From the NCBI GenBank assembly GCA_964188305.1, contig OZ076888.1: a stretch of DNA of 64,000 nt; one strand, written 5' to 3'. Source of the stretch: Podarcis bocagei (Eukaryota). The notes below the pieces were generated by a model. It had not been told where the DNA came from. It worked only from the letters and a program-made list of their open reading frames with translations, and did not search any database. Shown here one piece after another: positions 8,650 to 22,147 of this stretch. The position numbers were made by a program, and so were the translations under genes. The stretch's first letter is position 1; each line of letters starts with the position of its first letter.

Positions 8650-11399
8650 TATACCCAAATTCATCCACATCTTCCATGTGGTGGACATGTGGTGCCATAT
8701 CATTCAAACTGATGTTAATGTTTCAAAAGCATCTTGAGTATTAATGTATTTAGACCCAAGTGCTGCCCATCTTCCTAAAGGTGCTTCACAGGAATATTCC
8801 AAAGTAGCCCAATTTGGACAGTTGTTTTCAGTACTTAACTCTAGATGTAGGGAAGCAATATAATACGTTTATCCATTTTATAAAGTCTAATGGAAAACCT
8901 AATTTTTGCAATACTTTTTCCAGATATTGCTTGTGGATGTTTTCAAAAGCTTTTTCTGCATCTAGAGATAGTATAGCTAAATCTTCACTGTTCCTATTTA
9001 AATTTATCAAATCCACTACCAACCTGATGTTATCTGAAGCTTGTCTCGTCTTTATAAACCCTATTTGGTCATTTTAAATAATAGTTGGTTTTATTCCTTG
9101 CAGTACCCATGATACCTGCCAGACTGTTTGCAAGGGGTGTAAAGGCTGTCCCTGCTATATGGAATATATTTACGTCTTGTCAGTAGTCATGTGTTTTGTA
9201 CATTTCTGTGACTAAAACTACCGGTAATATCGCCTTGGGTTATTAAAAGAGGCAACTTTTAAAATTTCTCATCAATGTTCCTTTGGATGCCATAAGAGTT
9301 GTTTATTGCCTTCTGTATTTACAGCTTTTGGATACTGCAGTGTTTATGTATTAAACATTGCAGGAAAATGCAGAGAACAATATTTCCTCTGTTTGCTTCC
9401 ACCTCTGTCTGTCTAGCACACACACACAGACACAGTGCAGTGTTCGAAGAATTTACCCTGGGGTATTTCTAGTTAAATTGAAGATCGCAGCTCATGTTTC
9501 TTACATACTGTACTTGTATTAAGCTGTCTCTTCTAGTTTAGTAGACTTCAGGTAAAAGTGCAGTCCTAGAGACATTTATTTTGGAGCAGTTTTGCACTGA
9601 AATCACAGGCACACAGGGAAATGATTTTATATATGGCTACAGTGGCAAGAGTCCTTTGTGCAAAGGACTGGAGTTTAGTGGATCCTGCCTCTATATACAA
9701 ATATGCTACAATCCATCAGTTGTGCGTGGAAGGAACACAGGCAACAAATGTAGGTACCAGAAAGTGAATTTTCCTTTTGGAGTTATTGAATGACAAAAAT
9801 CATGGTGCAGTGGATATGTAACATATTTAAGAAGTAATGATTTGTGTTGTTAAAGGCAGAGGTTCCCAGACAATGATCTGCAAACTCATTCAGTTGGCCT
9901 ACAGATCTGCAGGTGAAGATAGGAGATGGCATGTCCATCACATTCAATATTCATGTTGATTTCAAATAGTTTTAACTGCTTTTATTTCTTATATTGGGTG
10001 GTATTCAGTGGTAGTCCTACTCAGAGCAGACTATTGAAATTAATGAACATGATAGGTCCAGTGCTTTTTTTCTGGCGGGATGGAGGTGGACGCATTTTGT
10101 GAATCTTTGTACTTTTGTTCATTTACTGTATTTATTTTTCCCTATTTGAGCTATAAAATGGTGACATTTCTTGAGTCAAAATGAGAGTACCTGTAAGCAT
10201 TTTTTTAAAAGGAAAAAAGCACTGTATAGGTTCATTATGGCTTGGGCTCAGGCTCCTTGAAAGATCTGAAATGTCTTTACATGCTGTAAGCTTCCTCAAA
10301 TCCCAACTAGGGAGAAGGGCAAGATGGTGTAAACTCAGGATAATGTTCTGATACAAACATAGCTGACACCATGTTCCACATAGTCTTATTACTATCTCAA
10401 GTAGGAGGGCTCCTTTTGGAAGCTATCCCAAGAGTCCCTTTCTGGGTAGGTTTTGACCACCTTCCTTCTACCTGGGCATAGAGATTCTATTGTCCTGTTT
10501 TCCTGTATTTCCCAGGTTATTATTGTTTACATACTGCAAGGCTCCTTAGTAAATCTGAATGTGCAAACTCACCAATTGGAGCATTTGAAAATGAGAAAGA
10601 AATGTTATTGATTTAAAATAAAATAAAAATAAACACAGAAGGATTTATAGTCAGGCAATAAAAAATAAAAATTAAATATGAACTCTTAACTCATCTGCAA
10701 TTGACGTGCGGCAGATTGTGTTCTTACAGAGCTAATTTAAACTTGGTGGCTGGGTGTTACGTGATACTTTATTTAACCCTGGGTATCCCATGACTAGAAA
10801 TCAACCAAGGGGATTTCAAGTACCTAGAAAATAATTTTTGCACTGAAGAGAAAAAATAATAATGAAACTATTTTCAAAATAGATGCCAGAGGTTCCATAA
10901 CAAGGAAATAAAACCCTGAACCCATCTGATTTGTCTCGCTATTTAGGCCCAGTACAAGCAAGTTGCACACCCATATGATATGCTATCATGTAATGCAGGA
11001 TTATATTTGGATAAGTGGTTTCTGTATTATTATAAGTTGTTTTTTAAAACAAAAACAGCACAAAGTTTGCTAATTTCAGTTCTCCTGTCCACAGGAAAGA
11101 CAGGGCATCAAAGCAGATTGATGAACACAAAGCACACATCAAAGTCCCTCTAAATTACACTCACAATTTCCACGTAGACAAGATTTCAACATTAAAAACA
11201 CAACCCCATTAAAGCTACAGGTAATTGAACCAGGTAAACAACTCATTGAATATAGCATATAAATAAGTATTGCTGCATGCTGTCCGCAAACCTCCACCTA
11301 TTGCTCTATCAAGGGACACCAAAAAGAACATTAAAAAAAAGAAAACTCAACACCATTGTTTTCTTTCTGAGAAAAGTGGAAACACTGAATGAAAGAGAA

Positions 11400-11435
<36 letters not shown>

Positions 11436-11438
11436 CGC
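11400..11438. repeat. (GT)n(GC)n alternating purine-pyrimidine microsatellite
   Basis: Read directly from the sequence. Confidence 0.9.
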
Positions 11439-11629
11439 AATTGCTAGCTTGTGCTCCAGTAGTTATGTGAGAAATAATAAGATCATGTATCCATGGAAAG
11501 AGTTTTCAGTCTTTTATCTGTCCTAAATCTGCTGATAATTTCATTGAGTAACCAGATTCTGCAGCTAATTAGAAGTCCTGCCTCATTGGATAGTCGGAAG
11601 TGGAAGACAGCTTTCTTATATCAGTATGT

Positions 11630-12145
11630 AGATGTGCAGAATGCAGCAGCTGGACTGCTGTTGGGGGCAGGCAGTGGCAGTCCATACACTACCAGGTCAG
11701 TTTCAAGGCTCTTGTATTACTATACAAAGCCTCGAACAAACCAGAGTCTGGGATACCTCAAGGACCCACCTGAGACCTTATATCCTAGCTCAATCTCTGA
11801 GATCATTTGGAGGTGCACTGTTATTTACTCCCCATGTTCCAGAAGCCCAACTGGCTTCAGCTGGAAGCCAGGCATTTAGCATCACTGGTCCCATGTTGTG
11901 GAATACTCTTCCAGTGGATATTCTGCAGGCATCCTCGCTACTCATTTTCAGACAACAATTGAATATTCTTTTTTTATGCTAGCAAGCCTATTCAGCTGTA
12001 AGTTTTTTCAAGCTGAGTCCATCATTATTTTCTATTGCCTTTTTGGGGTATATTTTTTTCTTTTATTGTGCTTGTAAAATTTGTTACACAGTGCTTGATT
12101 TTATATGAAGGAATGGTCTGTAAATATATATTTTCATAAATAAAA
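11630..12145 (+). mobile_element. Old L2-clade LINE 3' remnant
   Basis: VQNAAAGLLLG and QAFSITGPMLWNTLPVDI resemble the L2 C-terminus (QNAAARL..RAFSVVAPALWNALP) seen at 39640-39960. Confidence 0.65.
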
Positions 12146-12305
12146 TGCCTTAATAAGATTCAATATAAGATGAATCTTATAATAAGAATCTTATTTAATA
12201 AGATGGCTTAGATGGTAGCTCAAAGCTTTTTCTGTGAAGTGCAGGGATCCTATTTTTGAGATGGTTGTTTTTATGTTCCACCAGCTTTTTGCTCTTGCTA
12301 GCTTA

Positions 12306-12658
12306 AAGGTAAAGGTAAAGGGACCCCTGACCATTAGGTCCAGTTGTGGCCGACTCTGGGGTTGCGATGCTCATCTCGCTTATTGGCCGAGGGAGCCGGC
12401 GTACAGCTTTCGGGTCATGTGGCCAGCATGACTAAGCCTCTTCCGGCGAACCTGAGCAGTGCACGGAAACACCGTTTACCTTCCCGCCAGAGTGGTACCT
12501 ATTTATCTACTTGCACTTTGACGTGCTTTCGAACTGCTAGGTTGGCAGGAGCTGGGACTGAGCAACGGGAGCTCACCCCGTCGCAGGGATTCAAACCGCC
12601 AACCTTCTGATTGGCAAGTCCTAGGCTCTGTGGTTTAACCCACAGCGCCACCCGCATC
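12306..12658 (-). mobile_element. Sauria SINE (Squam1), full length
   Basis: tRNA-like head GCGGGTGGCGCTGTGGGTTAAACC; body GTGCAAGTAGATAAATAGGTACC; (ACCTTT)n tail; TSD TCTTGCTAGCTTA. Confidence 0.92.
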
Positions 12659-14111
12659 TTGCTAGCTTAGATTCTATCAAACATTTAATGAGAACGCAGA
12701 GGACTGCCCTTCACTGGTTTGGTGAAAATATATAAAATTTGGTGTGTATATATAAAATTATGATGTTTTAAAGACCTTAATATGCTACAGTGTGCAATGG
12801 GTTAAATATAAAATTTCTCTTCCACCAATAGAATGAGTCTTCTTAGAGTCGCATTCCCCAGCTAAGTAACCTCCAGCTCTTGGCTGAGACTTACAAGAAT
12901 TGTAGTCCACCAGCATTTGGTTGGGAAAGGCTGTATTGGCAGAAAGAAACTTCCAGATCCAATCAAGTCCATTTAACACCAAAGGGTGCAATCCTAACCC
13001 GTGGCCAGGAGTGGCAGGGCTTGATAGAGTGGCATAGTCAGCACCACGTCGGCAACCCTGGCATGCTGAGGACAAGAGAAATGCCCCTTCTATGTGCCAG
13101 CTCCCATCATGATATGATGGCAGGCAGCAGGGACTACACGGGACACAGAGCGTCCCACCCCTCTCTTTCTGACCTCAAAATGTCTGTCTTCTGGGATTTC
13201 CACTGCCTGCCATCAGAGGGGCTGCTGCTGGATACAGTTTCTATCTACCCACCATTTGAGTGAATGTTTTGGGAGCTCCTCACTGGCAGAACAACCCCAC
13301 TCCTTCCAGCATGGTGGATCAGGAGCTTGGATAGTTCTGTAGATGGCGTGGAAGTGTAGAGGGACATCTTAATTAAAAACAACATTCTTTTCCAATGCAA
13401 GAATGATTTTGTAAGTGCCGTTAAATCCAAGGGTTGGGGTTTTTTTAGAATCCTAAAATAAATACTTCAGTAATTTGATTTCTCACATTAAATAAAAATA
13501 TATTTAAAACATCGTCTTAAATGTTTTACATAAGCACATTTTAAAAACATCATTACAGAGAAAAATCCTGATCGTCTCAGTGTCTCCTAGCAAACTCATC
13601 AATCATTTTAATAGAGTTCACTTATTTTCCTTCCACAATGCTAACTAACATGGAGTCTATAAATTTTAGGGGATTTGTGCTTGTAGTAATCTCCTGGATG
13701 TGTGCTTGCATTTATATGAGTACGAGGCACTCAAGGAATAGTCTTCTGCTTATCACCCGTGGTTCGCAGTAAAACAAACACCCAGGCATTTCAGCCCTAA
13801 AACCATATACTAGAGGTTTGCATGGGCTTCAGTGGGCTTGTATTGGTATCACTGTGTTTTTTAAAAAAATAAAAATAAAATAGAATTCAATTAAATTAAA
13901 AATCTGATCTGTTTGAATACCTTCAGCAGAAATAGATTGAATTTGTAGACATAGGAGTGCCTGTAGGATTAATTAAATCTAGGGGCTTTTGTGGGGAAAC
14001 TAGAATAGCTTTTCTTTCCTCAATAATCCATATTAATGCAACATATTTATTAAACCAACTAGTTTCATATTTTTAAGACAGAGTGCTTATTCTTGACCTA
14101 AAGCTCATATA

Positions 14112-14330
14112 CAGTCGTACCTCGGCTCCTGAATGATCGAAAACCGGAAGTGAGTGTTCCGGTTTTCAAACGTTCTTTTGGAAGCTGAACGTCCGATGGG
14201 GTTTCCGCAGCTTCTGATTGGCTGCAGGAGCTTCCTGCAGCCAATCAGAAGCCATGCTTTGGAAGTCAAATGTTTCAGAAGTTGAATAAACTTCCAGAAT
14301 AGATTCTGTTTGACTTTCAAGGTACGACTG
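14112..14330. mobile_element. Tc1/mariner-type MITE, second family
   Basis: TIR CAGTCGTACCT...AGGTACGACTG with TA flanks; central palindrome CTTCTGATTGGCTGCAGG/CCTGCAGCCAATCAGAAG. Confidence 0.85.
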
Positions 14331-16845
14331 TACATGTTGGGTACAGAAATTGGCAGGATTTCAGCCTGATCCGAAGTATGTTGTGCTCTGGTCTCCCCAG
14401 CCCAATGGGACTTATTTTATAGTAAATGAATTTTGAATTGAAGGCTTTCTCCGACACTATAAAAGCATGAGCGACCTGAGTCTATGATGAGCAGGTCTTG
14501 TAAGAGACCGCTTTTTGCATTTTCTCTTTTCATGAGTTCAAAGTGGACGGGTGTGCGTCTGCCTTCTGATGGAGTGCACCTCTTTTTCTTTGCTTTTGAA
14601 ACAGAGATCAGCGCATAACCTCTCATGAGAAAAACATGCTAAGAGAAGGTAACTAAATTGTCAATTCAGGCCAAATGAATCAAAGTTATTGTCAGTAAAG
14701 AAGACTTGGGTGAATAATCGTCTGAGCATATCACAAAGTGCTTGATTACTTCCATTCAGCTGGGATTGCCTCATTCAGGCCTGCTGTTCAGACCAATAAA
14801 CTCCCAGCTTTGGAATGCGTCTGATGTGATAAACAGTTAAACACCTTATATGTGAGACCTCTTTTAATGATGTGGCTGGTTATAGAGGTTCCAGGAGACA
14901 AACATTTCTGAATTGCAATAATGCTTCATCTAATATTCAATTACCTATATGTCTTTCATGTGTTCCCTTTGGTGTGGCATCTAACTCAAATAGATTGCTC
15001 ATTGTCCCCTAAATAAATTATGTTCTGCTAAGACTGCCCTACAGCTCAGCACTTACATGAGCGGTGTGTTTATTTAGCAGCACAGACTGCTTGGAAGATA
15101 TTCAACGTCTATGTTTTGGCCTCTTGTCTCACTCATTACCTTGAAAAGTAATTATGCAAATATCTTGCTGTGGGTTTTATTTATTTATAAACAGCTCAAA
15201 ATTTCAATTTTGGGGCATGCAGCAGTAAAAAAACAAAAAACACCACCACCAGATGCACCGGCTATGAGGGAGCGCAACCGCCCCCACTGAAATTGAGCAG
15301 CTAGCAATAGATAAGAAAAAATGTGCCATGCTTTGCCTTGACTGTTTATTGAGGAAAGGAGCGCAATAAATTGGGCGCAGACAACCAATCACCATGGGAT
15401 TTAGCTGTGCTCGCAGAAGACAGTTGCTGAGCTATGTCTAAGGAATTTAACACATTTTCCTATTTTGCTTTATTTATTTATTTTAAAAAATACAAGATGG
15501 GTGCAGATGGGAGAGATGAAGCAAAGACAGGCTAATATGAAAATATGTGTTTTCCTCAGAATACCAAGGCTGCAGTGCCAGGTGAGTTGGGCAGCTCAGA
15601 TTCCAGAGCCGTCAATAGAAAAATGTAGAGGCTGTGCTCATTTGTTGGGAGCTCTCCGGGAAAGCCAATTGGCTAGATGGGCAGGAAAGTGATGAGGGCT
15701 GCCTTTGATCATCACCATTAGCATGTCAGTTGACATCTGTTTAGGGATGCTTGAGGAATTAGTCCTTTTGCAGATTCACGAATGAACAGATTTGACCCAC
15801 ACCTTCTGGGCAAATAGAAGCATAGATATCCATCATATTTCACACTTTCCTGAATGTTGCAGTGTAGTTCTTGGCTCAAAATATATACCAAAATGAATAT
15901 TTTAACTGCCTTAAACCTATGCTGAGGTTGATTTCACAAATGGCCCAGAAATGGATTAACATTTATGTTTCACTTGTTGCAAAATGTCTCAAAGCAAGCC
16001 ACAATGACAAAAGCATGCACGGTACAAAATTTAAAATATATTTTTAAAAATAATAACAGAACATTAATTAACTAAAAGTTCTTACATTGCCGTAACATAA
16101 AAAGGATGAATCCTATTCCACCCAACTAATGATGAACACCAATACAGACTTGGGTATAGTTAGGCCATATGGCCCAGTTAAGATCTAAAATGATTGAGAG
16201 AAGAGGAAAATTTCTGCTTGGTGCCTAAAAGTTGGTAATGATGGTGCTAACCATATCTGTTTGGGAGAGCAGTCAGGGAGTTCCCACTGAATGAATGTGA
16301 ATGATTTTGAGAATGAAGTCTCAAAAGGAGGTGGGGAAAGCCATTTTCACATTTAGGAAAAGGAAGGTTGATAAGTCAGTGCAATATTAAATTTCCTAGG
16401 CTATCGAGTAGGCAACTTTGTCCACTGAGTGTGCCACAAAATATACGTATGCAGGGTGGGGGTAATAGGTCAGAATTTATAAATACAACTAAATGGAAAT
16501 ATTCATATCATGTCTGGGCTACAGAGAGCAAGCTAAAGTCAAATATTAAATGCAGAGCATGAGATGGTTCAGCAAATAACTCAGATCACTAAGCAAAAAT
16601 CGGGACATAACAACCATGAATGTTTTGTTTGTTTAAGATTTACAGCTGACCTTTCAACAAGTGTTCTAAATTTGATTTTAAAAAATGAAGATTAGTCTGA
16701 GCAGAAGCAGTTAAAACAAACTGGGACAAGGGAAAGGAAAAATATGTATACGCTTGGCAGAATACCATGCTGTTGTAGCTGAGAATGGAATTAGGCAGAA
16801 AGGAAAAGGTTCACAGATAGGATTGTAACCTTATTTATGTCAATA

Positions 16846-17070
16846 CAGGAGTACCTCTAGTTATGAACTTAATTTGTTCCGGAGGGCCATTCTTAACCTG
16901 AATCTGTTCTTAACTAGAGGCGTGCTTTTGCTAATGGGGCGTCTTGCTGCCACTGCACTGCTGGCACATGATTTCCATTCTCATCCTGGAGCAGAGTTCT
17001 CAACTCAAGGTAACTCTTCTAGGTTAGCGGAGTTTGTAACCTGAGGCGTTTGTAACTCGAGGTACCACTG
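16846..17070. mobile_element. Tc1/mariner MITE, same family as 8290, more diverged
   Basis: CAGGAGTACCTC...GAGGTACCACTG, TA flanks, shared internal sequence. Confidence 0.85.
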
Positions 17071-17085
17071 TACTGCTACCTGTAA

Positions 17086-17460
17086 GGGAGAGGGTGGCGC
17101 TGAGGTCTAAACCACTAAGCCTCTTGGGCTTGCCTATTGGAAGGTCGGCGGTTCGAATCCCCATGATGGGGTGAGCTCCCATTGCTCTGTCCCAGCTCCT
17201 CCCAACCTAGCAGTTCAAAAGCACAACAGTGCAAGTAGATAAATAGGTACTGCTGCGGCGGGAAGGTAAATGGTGTTTCCATGCACCCTGACACTCGTCA
17301 TGGTGTTCCGTTGGGCCAGAATCAGTTTTGTCATGCTGGCCACATGACGTGGAAAGCTGTCTGTGGACAAACGCCGGCTCCCTTGGTCTGAAACAAGATG
17401 AGTGCCGCACCCCATAATTGCCTTTGACTGGACTAAGCCATCCGGGGTCCTTTACCTTTT
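17086..17460 (+). mobile_element. Sauria SINE
   Basis: Head GGGTGGCGCTG..AAACCAC; B-box GGTTCGAATCC; GTGCAAGTAGATAAATAGGTAC; tail CCTTTACCTTT; TSD TACTGCTACCT. Confidence 0.9.
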
Positions 17461-18321
17461 ATATTCTACTGCTACCTATGGCACAAGACTTCTGAACCTG
17501 TACAGAGTTTCTTCATTAAACATGTGCAGGGAGTGCCTCTCCTTTGTGAAGACTGCCCTGCCAGGTTGAGGAATTTGGTGTCTACTTGCTTATGGCAGCA
17601 GTGATCTGAGTGATGGCTCAGGTAGCCATTTAATTGAGGACAAGGAGTTTGGGTTTTACTCTGGGCTGTTAATTACTTACACAGTGCAATCTTACAAAAT
17701 GCACCCTGGAAAATTTAACCATCTACTTTTATGATCCTCTTATCTTTTAAAAAAATGTTTTTATTGATTTTCCAATATCGTTCCAATAGCAGCCTCATTA
17801 TAATAATACCAATTTTATCCAATTAATACCATTATTAATGCCAATTATTCAAATATCAAATTATATAATTTAATTAAAGTGGCCTCCTCGTGTGCTAGAT
17901 TTGATGGCTTCATTCTTCTACATTTTTCCGAGTTTCAAAATTTTAATAATTTCCATTACATTCCATCTCTTATTTAACAGGCTTGTGATTTCTATTCGCG
18001 TTGGTATATTTGGTAATATATAAAGTTTCAAGTGAGGAACTGTTTCAACAGTTGCAGGAATGAAGGATACACCACCATATATAGATGGGAAAATATCGTG
18101 AAAAAAACTGTCACACGCAGGAAAGAATAAGTGATGCAAACTTTCTGCAGGACTTCTTTCCTAGCTTCATGTTCTCAGATTCTGGCAAATGGCCAGAAAG
18201 ACAACTTTCTGATCGGGCCAGTAAAATTATGGGTGGGTCCAGGCAGCCCTGTCAGATTGGATCAGTAATGAACCCAAATAATTGAGACTATCATAGGCAA
18301 AAAGGTCTTGCTGAGCTTAGT

Positions 18322-18461
18322 ATCATGTAATTGCAAAGCTGGAGGGAACTCTGAGGGACACCTCTCCAACCCCCTGCACTGCTGAAATATGCAGGTGGCC
18401 CATATGGGAATTGAACCTGCAACCTTGGCGTTATCAGCATCACACTCTAATCAACTGAGCT
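18322..18461 (-). mobile_element. tRNA-derived SINE with CR1-like tail (Squam2-like)
   Basis: Minus strand AGCTCAGTTGATTAGAGTGTGATGCTGATAACGCCAAGGTTGCAGGTTCAATTCC is a degenerate tRNA-Ile-like head, followed by a CR1-type 3' end. Confidence 0.65.
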
Positions 18462-18950
18462 TGATTTTGAGATACTTTCTCCCCAGGCACGCACAGAGTG
18501 GCAGCCTGCAAAAGATCCCCATAAAATTGCTGAAAATATATTTCACAGTGGCATTGTAATATTTGGATGGTGACATGGTGGTTGCTCAATATTAATGCTA
18601 ACATGACAACCAGAGAAGTACAACAGGACTAGCAACATCACAACCTATTCACAACTCTGAAGGAGAGTGCTCCTCTTTCAGATTCCTTCTAGTCGGCTGT
18701 GTCCTTCTCTGGGATAATACAAGGAGCTCAAAGCAAGGCTTTCCATTTTCCTTTTCTAATACAGTACTCAACATTTCTTGGGTACTGAGCATGCTCAGTT
18801 TTGTGCTGTTCTTTTTGGAGGGTGGATGGGAATGTGCCCTAGGGTTCCCCTTGCTTTTTGTGCTTCTTACTCTGGTTTCCCTGTGCATGCCAATGCATCT
18901 CTTCTTTCTCAGTGACCCCATCATGACTCCATCTCTATCAGAACTCACTA

Positions 18951-19176
18951 CAGTGGTACCTCAGGTTAAGTACTTAATTCGTTTCAGAGGTCCGTACTTA
19001 ACCTGAAACTGTTCTTAACCTGAAGCACCACTTTAGCTAATGGGGCCTCCTGCTCCTGCTGCACTGCCAGAACACAATTTCTGTTCTCATTCTGAAGCAA
19101 AGTTCTTAACCTGAAGCACTATTTCTGGGTTAGCTGAGTCTGTAACCTGAAGCGTATGTAACCTGAGGTATCACTG
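18951..19176. mobile_element. Tc1/mariner MITE, same family as 8290
   Basis: CAGTGGTACCTC...GAGGTATCACTG, TA flanks. Confidence 0.9.
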
Positions 19177-19774
19177 TATTAGAACTCACTATTAGAGTGA
19201 TTGTTAAAATCTTTCTTAGACTGAACTATTTTGTGTGGGATCAAATTGCCTTGTTCTGCTTCTAGCCACAAAGCTCTTATTCTCCATTGCTCTAGATGAC
19301 AAAAAATAAAGAAGTTGGGACAAAACCTAGTGTTGGTGGCAATGGACACTGGAACTGGACTCTGCTAAGTGTTGGTGGCAACAGACCCTGGAACTCTCCA
19401 CTAATAGCCAAAGCATGAGACTAAAACCAGCACAATAAATGAGTTTCTTGTAAACTCCAGAGCTAAAGGCATAACAAGCATCACTCAGATGTCTATCTGG
19501 AAGGTGATTTTTATGCTATATACCCATTTCCAAATGACACATATTGCAAGCCATATGCCCAGCTTTATATAGCATGAGGAGTGGCCCCTGAGAAAGTACT
19601 TTCTCAACAATGAAAATGTTTGCTACATTCCTTTGAAGGGTTGCTACACCACAGAGTTGGCTTCAGGGATTTTTCATTATATATTTCATGTACAATGCAA
19701 TGTTTTCCTCCAGTTTCAGCGGAATGTAGAAAAAAATAAAACAAAGGGCTGAGACTTTAATTTGCTAGGAGATC

Positions 19775-19780
19775 TTTATT
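19775..19780 (-). terminator. Candidate TRIM42 polyadenylation signal AATAAA
   Basis: TTTATT on plus, about 150 nt downstream of the stop codon on minus. Confidence 0.5.
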
Positions 19781-19926
19781 CTGAAGGGTTTACTCTCAGA
19801 TTTCAGCTTGCAAGTTAGCTTCACTTTAGAAGAAAAGGAAAGGCATCTGAGAAAATATAATTGCTTTCTATCCAGTGGCTTACTTCTGAGTCATCTCTTT
19901 AAAAATTTGGTTGGTTGGCTTGCAGG

Positions 19927-20013
19927 TCAGGACTGTTTATGGAAAGCAGATTGAACATTTCGTAGCAATCCCCATTTGCCTTTGACTTTCGCACGAATTT
20001 CTGGAGTCACCAC
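19927..20013 (-). CDS. TRIM42: TRIM42 coding exon 5 (last): VVTPEIRAKVKGKWGLLRNVQSAFHKQS*
   Basis: Acceptor ...gttccactag|GTG, phase 0. Resembles the mammalian TRIM42 C-terminus as recalled (VVTPDG..K.RAKWGLLKNIQSALQKHF). Not in the ORF track. Confidence 0.92.
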   Translation of the reverse strand: MVTPEIRAKVKGKWGLLRNVQSAFHKQS

Positions 20014-22090
20014 CTAGTGGAACACACAATATGCAATCCATGCTGAGTTTTATTAATAAGAATAGTAACTGCATATGATAAAGGTCTTAGACATGGTAGG
20101 AAATCATATATTGGCATGTTTAAATATTTGTTTTATGTATTTATATATCACTTAATACTCAAATGATCTCTAAGCAATTTAGACGATACAGCATATCAAT
20201 ATTATATATCGAACAATGAAACTGAGTAACTACAATATAATGCCATGCAATATTAAAGAACACTACAACACAATTGAATAAAATATTTCAAGAAAGAAAA
20301 ACAGCAGCAGCACATTTTGAAACATGTTTAGAGTCAGGAATTCCTTCCCTCTCCAGCCTCCCTCTTGTCAAAAGCATCCTGACTCACAAAATATTACACC
20401 TCATGCTCAATTTATGCCTTACTAATCATAACATATTTATTACCCATTCAATATCACCCACCCCATTCTACTCCTGCATCCCACACATGTCCACCAATAA
20501 ACACAAATGCACCACCAGCCCAATCATTGCAATATCTCAGTCCATCATTGACCACTACTACCAGTCACACATTCCAGGCAACAACAATGTACTGTGAAAA
20601 GCAAGGAGACAATGAGACCATTTACTGACGGAACTGTGTTAATAACAATACCAATTGTCATCCACCAAGTCACATAGATGCATTCTTCCTGACAGCAATC
20701 TGCCTACTGCCTAGGTTGCTATTTTGTACTCAAGGACAGGTAGAACTGCACATTTCTTTAGAGTCAGGAATCCTCCCTGGTAGTCCTTTCTCTCAACCAG
20801 GAATGCCTTCAGACAATTCAACAGCCCATTGAATTCATTTCCTCCTTGATTCTCGTAACTATTTTTGGCACGCTTTTGAATGGAGCATAGCCATACAGAT
20901 ATATAGATTTATCTTTTGACCCATCATATTTACACAAAACCAAAAAAAGAACTGCAGAAGGAAAACACAATAAAAATGGTGTGCCGAGAATTTACATTTG
21001 CCACCTTTTGTGTACAGCTATCTGTGTGCCTGCCCTGTCAGTACGTATTTAATCGGCATTGCAGTTTTTTTCATGATATTTCCCCATCCATATATGGTAT
21101 TGCATCCTTCATTCCTGCAACTGTTAATCGGTATTACAGAACTGACAAATCAGAAGGTGGGGACAAATGCAAAAGGGAATGGCTATGATATGAATAGGGA
21201 AGACAAATCTTGCTCCTCATATACAAATTCCAGTGTGTGCAGAACTAATGCTGAAATGTGGGCGGGCAAGGCCAGAATGTCAATAGATGAAGCTTTCCCC
21301 TATAATAGCATTCATATTTGAAAAGGCTTGAAAATGCTTAATATGCAGAATCTCTGCCTGCCACACACAGCTATTAAAAGACATAATAGCACGAATAGCA
21401 CCCAATCTTAACCCTAACCCGTACAAAGAAATCGTGTTTCTTGAGTTGTAAACCACTTATGTGATGGTAGGTACTTCATCAGTTGATCTTAGGGTGACGT
21501 GTCTATATTCAGGGCAAGACCAGACATTTTTGCTTCAGATGGCTGGAGCAGTCAAAAGAGATTGAAGATTTGTAGCAACCAAAGTTCAGATACCCCTGCT
21601 TTGATAAATTCAGGATTGAATTGTTAAAAAGCAAGCAGAATATTCTAAGAGCCTTTGTTGTGGTTATTTATTATTTACACTTCATAATAACTGCAGCAAC
21701 CTTTATCAGTACAGGCCAAGCAAAAAGGATTTGCGCTGCATCAAAGTCTTCTGTTTTCCTCTGAAGCAGGGAAAGTAACAAATTTCCTCTCCCACTGCAT
21801 TGCTACTATGATCAACCAGTCACAGAGGGCATGGTGAGGCTTCAGTGCTCACTTAACATCCATCCAATTGAATTGCTGCAATGAGTGAGATAGTAGCATG
21901 GTCAGTGTGGTACAAAAACACTGGCAGGAGTGCTAGATTGCCTCCACTAGTGCTTTTGCACCATGCTGACCTTGCGCATCCCAGTCTTCAGCAGCAACTC
22001 AGCCAGAGGTAGGTCAAGCGAGCAGTGCAGCCCAACTGCACCATCTACTAATGTAGTCAACTTAGCCTGCCCTGCCCAACTGCATTTTCC

Positions 22091-22147
22091 AAAAAAAAAA
22101 AAAAAAAAAAAAAAGGAAAGGAAAGGAAAGGAAAGGAAAGGAAAGGA
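22091..22147 (+). repeat. Poly(A) plus (GGAAA)n microsatellite
   Basis: Read directly from the sequence. Confidence 0.9.

Larger units (their letters stand above)
6460..9090 (-). mobile_element. Degenerate, internally deleted L1-clade LINE ORF2/3' end, interrupted by BovB and a MITE
   Basis: RT motifs DQIGFIKTRQASDNIR and LSLDAEKAFE..YLEKVLQKLGF..FIKWINVLY (8828-9090); C-terminal W..EL..W..L..I..S..RLIQ segment (7895-8173); KFSDIWNPFL-like end near 6640-6700. Confidence 0.8.
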
